From NCBI GenBank assembly GCA_001818315.1, contig MHKF01000012.1, positions 128,080 to 192,079 of the forward strand: a stretch of DNA of 64,000 nt, in the 5' to 3' direction. Of the stretch, positions 29,047 through 36,987 are shown in pieces. The number at the start of each line of letters is the position of its first letter. Within the stretch, counting starts at the first letter, position 1. Under the pieces are notes generated by a model. The model saw only the letters and a list, made by a program, of their open reading frames with translations, was not told the origin of the DNA and made no database searches. The position numbers and the translations under genes were made by a program. This stretch comes from Candidatus Kerfeldbacteria bacterium RIFCSPLOWO2_02_FULL_42_19 (lineage in GTDB: Bacteria; Patescibacteriota; Patescibacteriia; HO2-48-17).

Positions 29047-29874
29047 TTACGATTTTTTGTGTGTCTTCAATTCAGTTTCTACTGTTTCTATTTTTTGTTT
29101 GAGAAGTTGCAGGATCGCTACAAGCGTTTCCCGTTGCATCGCGTTGCTACTGGGGATATCGAAATGTTCGAGTCCTTCGAATGTAGCGGCGATAAATCCG
29201 CGTAGTTTTTCAAAAGTGATCACGAGTTGCCTCTTTTCTGTTTGTCTTCTCACATGACGTTGCATTCGAGCCAGCAGTCTATGGGCTGGCAATCTTTCTT
29301 TGACAGCGATGGTCGCTGCATTGAGTTGCTGCTCCGGATTAATTTCCATGATGATCTTCGCGCAAGCAATGTTGATTTCGCCAGCGGCAATCATTTTTTG
29401 TATCGCTTCAGACAGTTTCAAGAGCTGGAGTCGTTCTTCTACGAAGACGGAACTTTTTCCGATGATTCTTCCTACTGCGCTGCGGTTGCCCTGATAATGT
29501 TCGACGAGTTTTGCGATGGCTTTTGCTGTTTCAATGGGGCCAAAGTTTTTGCGTTGCACGTTACGTACTACAGCAATCTCCAGCGCTTCACCTTGCGAGA
29601 CGTATTTTATGATCGCGGGAACCGTACTCCAGTTGGCAGAAATCGCAGAACGCAGACGTCGTTCCCCGTCAATCAACTCGAAATATCCTTCTTGATCATC
29701 TGCTGTGCGTACTTCAATGGGATCCAGCATCCCTTTTTGTCGGAGCGATTCAGCAAAGTATTCAATATCCTCCTGATCAAACGCCTCGCGGAACTGATAA
29801 CGTCCAGTAATGATTCGATTCACCGGAATGTCGCGACGCTCTTCTGTGTTTGTTTCGTGAATATTCTGTGTCAT
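29047..29874 (-). CDS. ParB/Spo0J-family protein (orphan, no adjacent parA)
   Basis: Q.R..F...I...AES....G...PI.VR, LIDGERRLR, VPAII, N.QR and an HTH; AGGAGG precedes MTQNIH. Confidence 0.9.
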   Translation of the reverse strand: MTQNIHETNTEERRDIPVNRIITGRYQFREAFDQEDIEYFAESLRQKGMLDPIEVRTADDQEGYFELIDGERRLRSAISANWSTVPAIIKYVSQGEALEIAVVRNVQRKNFGPIETAKAIAKLVEHYQGNRSAVGRIIGKSSVFVEERLQLLKLSEAIQKMIAAGEINIACAKIIMEINPEQQLNAATIAVKERLPAHRLLARMQRHVRRQTEKRQLVITFEKLRGFIAATFEGLEHFDIPSSNAMQRETLVAILQLLKQKIETVETELKTHKKS

Positions 29875-30038
29875 GTCATCCTCCTTTGTTGGTGGCATGC
29901 CCTTACTTCACTGCGCTTACTACCTTATCAATGAGAAGTTTTCTTTGTCAATTGAAATTTATTCTGTTTTGTCGTGAAGACATAATCAGACTGCTTGAAA
30001 CGATTTTTCGCGTTTCTCACAGTCTGATTAGAAAAGTT

Positions 30039-30725
30039 TCAAAAAAATTTACCTTCGATCATTCGTAGCCACTGAAGCCACTGCTCAGGATTTTTTTCGA
30101 ATTCAGGACGTTTGTGGGTGAGTACTTTTCGCGCGAGCGTGGCGCTGAAAGTATCACCGTTGAAACTGCCAAGTAGAACCCCTACGAAAAGGCTCGAGTT
30201 GATGTGCACATCGTCTTGCGCACCCGGTTTGAGATTAATGCTATGCTCAGGCTCTTCGCGAAAGAAGTTTTCGAGACTCGGCGCAGCCTCGATAATGCTT
30301 CGCTCTTGTTCTAGTGTGAACATTTCCGTCGTCTGAAATTTTCCATTAGCGAGTACGAAGAGCCTCAGAAAACGTCCCAACATACGCCACAACATGATTA
30401 ACGTCCAGAAATCATCCAAATTCCAGATATCCTGCACTAGTATACGCATTGTGTCCGGGTAGATGATGAGACAATTTTTCGCAACAGGGGCTTGCGGGCC
30501 GAAAAAGGTAAGTCCTCGCACAGCGTTCTCTGCAGTTGGTGGTTCTTTCATGAACAAAATTTGCGGTGGATTTTGATGTGTATGAGGTAGTTTTTCTGCA
30601 AAGCTGATAAAATTGACTCTTAGGAATTCCTCGGGACGATATCTGTCGGACAACTGAAATTCTGGATCATCGTTCAAGTATCCATACAGATTCAATCTCT
30701 CATCTTGTTTGCCCTGTTTTTGCAT
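30039..30725 (-). CDS. Unknown-family protein, paralogue B
   Basis: Paralogue of 27311-28003; AGGAGGTGA precedes MQKQGK. Confidence 0.8.
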   Translation of the reverse strand: MQKQGKQDERLNLYGYLNDDPEFQLSDRYRPEEFLRVNFISFAEKLPHTHQNPPQILFMKEPPTAENAVRGLTFFGPQAPVAKNCLIIYPDTMRILVQDIWNLDDFWTLIMLWRMLGRFLRLFVLANGKFQTTEMFTLEQERSIIEAAPSLENFFREEPEHSINLKPGAQDDVHINSSLFVGVLLGSFNGDTFSATLARKVLTHKRPEFEKNPEQWLQWLRMIEGKFF

Positions 30726-30802
30726 CTCTACATTCACCTCCTTTCTTTCCGAACTCTACATAATATCGAATATCGAAATATCGAAGGACAATTTTGAAAG
30801 GA

Positions 30803-30831
30803 ACGTTCTCACACGAGATCTGTTTTGTCAA
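30803..30831 (-). promoter_or_regulatory. Putative promoter of paralogue B
   Basis: TTGACA-17 nt-GAACGT with extended TG; same layout as the paralogue A promoter. Confidence 0.5.
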
Positions 30832-30928
30832 GAATATTTTGGCACAAGCAGAACTGTACACGCTCAAGACGTGACGCAAAATATTTGCTATACTTTATGG
30901 AGCTATTTTATTTTATCAACAATCCATT

Positions 30929-32062
30929 ATGCAAAACAAATATATTTTTTTTCCAATATTAGCACTTTTACTTGTGTTCCCTTTTCGCTTTGCGGAGGCA
31001 AAAACATATGTCTCCATTAACGGCATCAGTAACGGTGTCGCGTTGTATGCGTATAAGGGTCCGGAACTTCTCAATAAACTTGCTAAAGTTGTGAAAAGCG
31101 GTGGTTCGATCGCGCAAGCGAAGGCACGAGCGCTTTTTAAAAAACACACGATTACGATTGGTAATGTCGTAAAGAGTAAGGGCACGCAAGGCGATGCGGA
31201 GAGTACGCATGTTCGCGCGGGGTCTTTGTTTTTTGGAAAAGCAAAGTTTAAGGCGGCAAAAAAAGGTCAGACCGTGAAGAATTTTCCTATTGTTTATCAC
31301 GTTGATGGGGATCTGAAGTGTTATATTCCAGATGAGGATGTTCCTGAGGATTATGCGATTGCTTATGTAGAAACACAAGTGCGATTTAATAACGATGATA
31401 AATTTATCGGTAGCGCTCTTGTTGATGGCCGCACCGGATTTGACGGTGGCGACGGGGATCTCGCGGGAAAATTTACAGAAAAAGACGAATACAATGTTTC
31501 GATAAAGAAAGATTTTTCGGTGAATCTCGGTAATCTCAAAGATGGCAAAACGTACCCGCTCTTGTTTTTTGGAGCGACGTTGGTTTCCTATGCCGCTGAT
31601 ATACCAGTTGATTATTGTACCGCTGATTTTTATAGCACCGGCGAATTTGGTGTAAGTGAAAAGAACAAAAAATCAAAAGGTAATTTTACGTTTGAACCTG
31701 CCGTGACGGTAACCGCGACGCCTGATTCACAACCCTGGGATCGAAGTGATATCCCAGATATCACCGTCTATGTTGAAAGTAGTAATACAACGCTTATTAA
31801 TACGATTGATGTGAATCAAGTGCAATTATTCGAACGACTCGGAGATGTTGGCCAAATGCAACCGAAGTCTATTTTGGACACCGGAGATTTTGATGGTGAT
31901 GGAGTGAGCGATCGAGGCATCGTGTTTGATGGTTTGCAGCTTTATACGATTCTGCAACTTACAACACTTGGGCATAAGGATAATCCGTTGCTTTATCTCA
32001 TCGGAGAAACAACGAGCGGCACTCCTTTTGCAGGAAAATTCCGTTTTGAGACGCAGGAATAA
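30929..32062 (+). CDS. Secreted hypothetical protein
   Basis: Signal peptide ending AEA; beta-rich sequence; DFDGDGVSD Ca-binding-like loop. Confidence 0.75.
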   Translation: MQNKYIFFPILALLLVFPFRFAEAKTYVSINGISNGVALYAYKGPELLNKLAKVVKSGGSIAQAKARALFKKHTITIGNVVKSKGTQGDAESTHVRAGSLFFGKAKFKAAKKGQTVKNFPIVYHVDGDLKCYIPDEDVPEDYAIAYVETQVRFNNDDKFIGSALVDGRTGFDGGDGDLAGKFTEKDEYNVSIKKDFSVNLGNLKDGKTYPLLFFGATLVSYAADIPVDYCTADFYSTGEFGVSEKNKKSKGNFTFEPAVTVTATPDSQPWDRSDIPDITVYVESSNTTLINTIDVNQVQLFERLGDVGQMQPKSILDTGDFDGDGVSDRGIVFDGLQLYTILQLTTLGHKDNPLLYLIGETTSGTPFAGKFRFETQE

Positions 32063-32177
32063 TTGTTCATTCTTTTTGACAGATTGATGAGTCGGAGATA
32101 GTATTCCTTTGGGTTGTTATTGTGATCTTGTTACGACACAAGACTTTTCCCGTCACATGGAAAACAGGAGGTTAAAC

Positions 32178-32486
32178 ATGTGTCATTTTGTACAGGTACC
32201 TGTGAGTCAAAATTTTGTACTTTGGGAATTGCCGATTCAAGAACCAGATACAGAACACACGTGTTCTGGACTTGGTTTGCGGGTCACTTCTGAAGGCAAA
32301 GTCGTAGACGTCGAACACTGCTCGCGTTGTTTCCCAAACCTCACAATTGCTCCTGGCACGCAATTGTGCTTGCCGGAGAATATTCCGTCATGGAAAGAGG
32401 CAGCTCATCGGGTTGACGGTTTCAGCAGTATGGTCACCCCGACCGAGGTTCTCGGGTCTCTCTTGCAATCCCGAAGTGCTGCGTGA
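32178..32486 (+). CDS. Small Cys/His-containing hypothetical protein
   Basis: TTGACA-17-TAGTAT upstream; AGGAGG precedes ATG 32178; HTC and HCSRC. Confidence 0.6.
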   Translation: MCHFVQVPVSQNFVLWELPIQEPDTEHTCSGLGLRVTSEGKVVDVEHCSRCFPNLTIAPGTQLCLPENIPSWKEAAHRVDGFSSMVTPTEVLGSLLQSRSAA

Positions 32487-32637
32487 GATCGATCGTTTGA
32501 CTCGTTTTTTTTCTCTTTCTGTGAGCAGGTTTTGCCTGCTCCGCTTCTTGAGATTGTGATGTTCGCTCTCGTAGTTTCAAGAAGCTGAGTACTTGTATCG
32601 GGACTGTCGCCGAATGTTATTTTTTGTTCAATACACG

Positions 32638-32724
32638 AAACAAAAGAGGAGGATGACTCTCCTTTCTCAGCACACTGTGCAGTGTCAGTGCTTCGAAAGC
32701 AAGAGTCATCCTCTTCTTTTGTTT
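32638..32724. repeat. Fold-back element, family I, copy 3 (reverse orientation)
   Basis: 23-bp arms with one mismatch around CTTTCTCAGCAC...GTGCTTCGAAAGC. Confidence 0.9.
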
Positions 32725-32814
32725 TGCACATTGCATAAGAAAACGGTATTCGTGGACAGTCCCATATCGCGTCGTTATTTTCTTTTTGAGTAGAATGTTT
32801 TATATTTTAAGCAG

Positions 32815-34380
32815 TTGACTATTTTTATCTGTTGTTTTTTTATTCTCGGTGTGAAGAACAAAATATCCATACATCGTAGGTTTTGTTTCGCGAGCATGCT
32901 TGCGATCTTCCTTTTGGTATTTTTTACGCAGGGCGTATGGGCTCAGACGAAAGACGTCGTTGGACTCAACGTCCATTGGGCGCTCGGAGGTTTCAATCGC
33001 GAAGGCAAATATCAAAAGCGTCTCCGTGACGGCAAAACCCAATGGGCGCGTGAACATTTTTATCAGGAAGTGATTATGGGCGAAGGTCAGGAAGGCTGGC
33101 TTGCGCGATACGATTATGTCATGCGTCAATACAAAGGATTGAATATTCAGGTTGTCGGTATGCTTGCCTACGGTCGGCAGCACGGAGATTTCAATCAACC
33201 TGATCTTTCGGAATGGGAGGAGTTTGTGACAACGGTTGTGCGTCGATATGGAAAAGACGTTGCTGTGTGGGAAGTATGGAACGAGCCTGACTCGCCGGAT
33301 TTTTTAGTACCAAATACTGCTGCGGCATATATCCCCATTTTAAATGTTGCATCGAAAGTGATTCGAAAATACGATCCACATGCGCGCATACTCAACGGCG
33401 GCTTGAGTTTTCCAAATGCAAGTTTTGCACGCACATTGTATGAGCAGGTGCCGAAGGATTTTGATGCTCTTGCGTTTCACGTGTATACGTGTCGCCAACC
33501 GAATCATAATCTTCTGCAGGCGCAGCTCGCTGAAATCGATACGGTATTGCGCACGTACGCTCCTAAGGATCGTGTTTGGGTAACGGAATTTGGGTGTTCT
33601 ACGGGTTCATCTGGGATTACTCAGGAATATGCGACGGCGTATAAACAGGAAGTTTTGGACATTCTATTCGCCTATCCGTGGATGGAACGCGCGTTCATTT
33701 ATACGATTCGCAATCGCGACGATGCAGGTGCGTATGAAAATAATTTTGGACTTCTGGATGTCGACATGGAGATTTTGCCTGGTTGGGTTTGGTATCAGGG
33801 CTTACTTCGAGGTCCTTATGATCAAAAGCGTGTTGATAGCCGTACACAAACTGCTCAAGCAAAAAAACTGCGCAAGGAACTCGAACATTATTTTGGTAAG
33901 GGGAATATTCCTGTGCATGGCGAACGTTGGACTCAGCTTGTGGATGCCTATGTGTACGGCGGGTATACCGTGAAAGCGATTGCACAAGGTATTCGTTTTG
34001 GCGGAAAAACTGTTCATCCGACGATTCTGTGGAAGGTGTGGAGAAAACAGGAGATTTATCAAGACTATATTAATAAAGATTGGACAGGAAAGATGTTTAT
34101 TCACGCGTACGGAAAGCCGCGGATTTCTGCTGCGAAAGAGCAGGAAAAATCCGAGAAACTTTTGTCGATACTCAAAGAAGATTATCATTTTGATCAACTG
34201 CGTATAAACGCAGATAATTGGCCTTTGCTCTCGAAGGCGTATATATATGGGAACTATCCAGAAGAAGCGATTGCGCGAGTGCAGATTTCCGGCGGCAAAA
34301 CTGTACATCCAGAAATTTCGTGGCACGCGTGGCGCAAACGAACTGAATATCAAGAAGGTATGAAAGTACCGCTTCCATGA
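32815..34380 (+). CDS. Secreted clan GH-A glycoside hydrolase (GH5/GH39-like) with a tandemly duplicated C-terminal domain
   Basis: WEVWNEPD acid/base and VWVTEFG nucleophile motifs, FGLL; two repeats with 97-aa period. True start uncertain. Confidence 0.8.
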   Translation: MTIFICCFFILGVKNKISIHRRFCFASMLAIFLLVFFTQGVWAQTKDVVGLNVHWALGGFNREGKYQKRLRDGKTQWAREHFYQEVIMGEGQEGWLARYDYVMRQYKGLNIQVVGMLAYGRQHGDFNQPDLSEWEEFVTTVVRRYGKDVAVWEVWNEPDSPDFLVPNTAAAYIPILNVASKVIRKYDPHARILNGGLSFPNASFARTLYEQVPKDFDALAFHVYTCRQPNHNLLQAQLAEIDTVLRTYAPKDRVWVTEFGCSTGSSGITQEYATAYKQEVLDILFAYPWMERAFIYTIRNRDDAGAYENNFGLLDVDMEILPGWVWYQGLLRGPYDQKRVDSRTQTAQAKKLRKELEHYFGKGNIPVHGERWTQLVDAYVYGGYTVKAIAQGIRFGGKTVHPTILWKVWRKQEIYQDYINKDWTGKMFIHAYGKPRISAAKEQEKSEKLLSILKEDYHFDQLRINADNWPLLSKAYIYGNYPEEAIARVQISGGKTVHPEISWHAWRKRTEYQEGMKVPLP

Positions 34381-34431
34381 TGTTTTTTGATTGTATTGCC
34401 AGACTGCGAAATTCGCGATAAAGTCAGTACG

Positions 34432-35670
34432 ATGGCGCAGATATATAAAAAAATAATTCTTCCTCTGATTTTTGCGGTAGCTTTTTTTTTATTTCCAGCA
34501 GATGCTGCTTTTGCGCAAGAAGCGAATCGCACTTGGTGCGCAGCTCGTGTGCTTTTTCAGGATAAGGTTTTGCAGCGCGTGTATGATGCTTTTATACAAG
34601 ATTCCTGGCCTTCGTGGTACGCTCATTCTGGTAGAGAACTCGGTGCTTTTGTTTCAACATGCGATCAGCCTCATCGATTGGTTATTGGACTTTCAGAAGT
34701 TTCCGATCCTTTACCAAACTTTTATTATTCGGCTTTTTTGTACATGCATATATCTCCAACGGGGCATGTGCCGCGCAAGGAAGCTTCTGAGATTGTCATT
34801 CTTGGCAAGCAAACTCCAGATGTTCTTTTACAAGTTGCCAGTATGCCGCGCGTGGCAGAATATCTTACCAAAATGTATCCAACACGTGGGATTGTCGTAG
34901 CGAACGCTCCCAAACTCTCCGGCGAGCCGATTCCGGAAGGTTTTTCCGGCTTAACTTTTGATTTGTTTCAGTCCTATATTCCATCCGCACAAGATGAAGT
35001 CAAAACGTATCTCGCGTATGATTGGCAGAACGGAACATTGTGGTATCGTTTGCCGCTCGATAAAAAGTGGGAGGAATTTCCTGAAGTTGATAATGTGACT
35101 GTACAATATACGCAGGCAGCGGCTGCGATTTCTGAAGGCTGTACGGTGCGTTTTACAGAAAATGATTTTATATTCGGCAAGCTTTCGATACAATCGCAAG
35201 CGCAGTTTATTCTCACTTCCACGCTTCCTGATTGTCCGCCAGAATTTGAAGTCACTATGAATCTCGAAGAATTGGCAGCGCTTGCTCATAAGGAGACGAC
35301 GACTCAACCGGTTGATAAACGCCCACTCACAGCGACATTCGAAGGAACACCAATCGAATCCCCTTTGCATCCTTTTTTTAGAGATTTTATTGTGAGTGTT
35401 CCTGTATCGCATACGATATTAACTGCTGATCTCCTGACTGTGCCGCAAGGACTTCTCACTGTAGGTCGTTTACACTCGATTCTTTTTCAGCACTTTCTCA
35501 ATATCCTTGCTTTGATGTTGTTTGCGGTTGGTATTTTGTTATTCGCTCTTGTTTTGTACGCCCGACTGATTTATCCTTCTTCTCTTTTGGCTCCCACGGT
35601 GTCATCCAAAAAATCTTTACAGAAAACTGACGCGTCTGTCGATCATCATTCCGCGTCTTCTTCATCTTAA
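34432..35670 (+). CDS. Hypothetical protein with a signal peptide and a C-terminal TM helix
   Basis: Signal ending AFA; hydrophobic segment near the C-terminus. Confidence 0.7.
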   Translation: MAQIYKKIILPLIFAVAFFLFPADAAFAQEANRTWCAARVLFQDKVLQRVYDAFIQDSWPSWYAHSGRELGAFVSTCDQPHRLVIGLSEVSDPLPNFYYSAFLYMHISPTGHVPRKEASEIVILGKQTPDVLLQVASMPRVAEYLTKMYPTRGIVVANAPKLSGEPIPEGFSGLTFDLFQSYIPSAQDEVKTYLAYDWQNGTLWYRLPLDKKWEEFPEVDNVTVQYTQAAAAISEGCTVRFTENDFIFGKLSIQSQAQFILTSTLPDCPPEFEVTMNLEELAALAHKETTTQPVDKRPLTATFEGTPIESPLHPFFRDFIVSVPVSHTILTADLLTVPQGLLTVGRLHSILFQHFLNILALMLFAVGILLFALVLYARLIYPSSLLAPTVSSKKSLQKTDASVDHHSASSSS

Positions 35671-35679
35671 ATATTTTCT

Positions 35680-36810
35680 ATGCTCGGAGCTTTTCCCTCA
35701 CAAATGATTGAAAAACTTTTTACTGCCGGTCATATTCATGGAGCTGCTTTGCAGAATATACAACCTTCTTCGCTTGATCTTACACTTAGCGAGGAACTTT
35801 ATCGCGTGGAAGGCGTTTTTTTGCCACAGCGCGGAGAGCACGTACGTGATTTGATTGACATGTTTCACGCGCAGTCTGTAACTTTTGCTGAACCGCTTCA
35901 ATGTCACGGAGTGTATCTGTGTCGTCTGAATGAGCGTTTAGTGCTACCCGAGAGCGTCTATGCGTATGCGAATAACAAGTCGTCTACCGGTAGGATTAAT
36001 TTGCAGGTGCGTCTGCTTTGCGATGGCGTTCCGAAGTTTGATCAGATTCCCAAAAGCTACTGTGGCGAGTTGTGGATTCTTGTTGCGCCGCATTCATTTA
36101 GTATTGCTTTGCAACCAGGACAGTCGCTCAATCAGATGCGTTTTTTCAACGCGGATACGCGGCTTTCGGAAGAAGAACATCGCGCGCTCTATAGTTTTCA
36201 ACCGCTTTTGTATCAATTTGATGGAAAGTCATTCCCTGCAGCCGAAGTACTGTTTGATAAAGGTGGCGGTATCACGATGACGATTGATTTTGATCAGGAT
36301 ATTATTGGGTATGTTGCATTTCCGAATTCCGCAAAAGTTTTGGACTATGCGCGAAGGGATTATAAACCCGAAGATTTTTTTGAGCCTATTTGTCGACTGA
36401 AAAAGAATCAGTTAGTATTGAATAGAGAGGGATTTTACATTTTTTCCACGAAGGAATACATCGCTGTGCCGCCGGAATTTTCGGTCGAGATGATTGCGTA
36501 TGATCCAACCAAAGGCGAGTTCCGTACGCACTATGCTGGATTTTTTGATCCCGGCTGGGGTTTTGGAGCGCGCGGCGAACTGAAAGGTACGCCGGCGGTA
36601 CTCGAAGTGTACCCGCACGATCATAACTTTATCTTCCGTGATGGACAGCCGATTTGCAAAATGGTCTACGAGCGACTTGCGACGTTTCCAGATCGTATCT
36701 ACGGCGTAGGCGACCTCGGTTCACATTATCAGCATCAGCGCGGCCCGTGCCTTTCCAAACATTTTGTGCAGCACGCAAAAGTAGCTGCGAGTGTTTTGAG
36801 TCAAATATAA
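35680..36810 (+). CDS. dcd: dCTP deaminase (long, two-domain type)
   Basis: IQPSSLDL, NNKSSTGR, GEFRTHYAGFFDPGWG and VLEV motifs. Confidence 0.9.
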   Translation: MLGAFPSQMIEKLFTAGHIHGAALQNIQPSSLDLTLSEELYRVEGVFLPQRGEHVRDLIDMFHAQSVTFAEPLQCHGVYLCRLNERLVLPESVYAYANNKSSTGRINLQVRLLCDGVPKFDQIPKSYCGELWILVAPHSFSIALQPGQSLNQMRFFNADTRLSEEEHRALYSFQPLLYQFDGKSFPAAEVLFDKGGGITMTIDFDQDIIGYVAFPNSAKVLDYARRDYKPEDFFEPICRLKKNQLVLNREGFYIFSTKEYIAVPPEFSVEMIAYDPTKGEFRTHYAGFFDPGWGFGARGELKGTPAVLEVYPHDHNFIFRDGQPICKMVYERLATFPDRIYGVGDLGSHYQHQRGPCLSKHFVQHAKVAASVLSQI

Positions 36811-36973
36811 TTTTGTTGCAGTGAGAGGGTATATTGCTGGGCGACTCTTTTTGCGAGCGGGTACGGTTCGAGCGAAATGCAATGGAGCGAGAGAGCGAAC
36901 AAAAAGTGTCAGTGAGTCCACACGCTGGGTGGACGAACGGCACAGCAATATACCCTCTCACTGCAACAAAATT
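36809..36973. repeat. Fold-back element, type III, single copy in this window
   Basis: Perfect 31-bp arms at 36809-36839 and 36943-36973 around a 103-nt interior with sub-hairpins. Confidence 0.88.
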
Positions 36974-36987
36974 TTTTACCAAACTTC

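Noticed and set aside
25361-30831. Prophage or ICE call for the regulatory island
   Set aside because: No integrase, terminase, structural, relaxase or att-like direct repeat was seen; a decayed mobile origin cannot be excluded.
36908-36942. Hammerhead ribozyme (TGAG-stem-CGAA)
   Set aside because: The required CUGANGA and GAAA core is not intact (CAGTGAG and CGAAC), and stems I and III are not evident.
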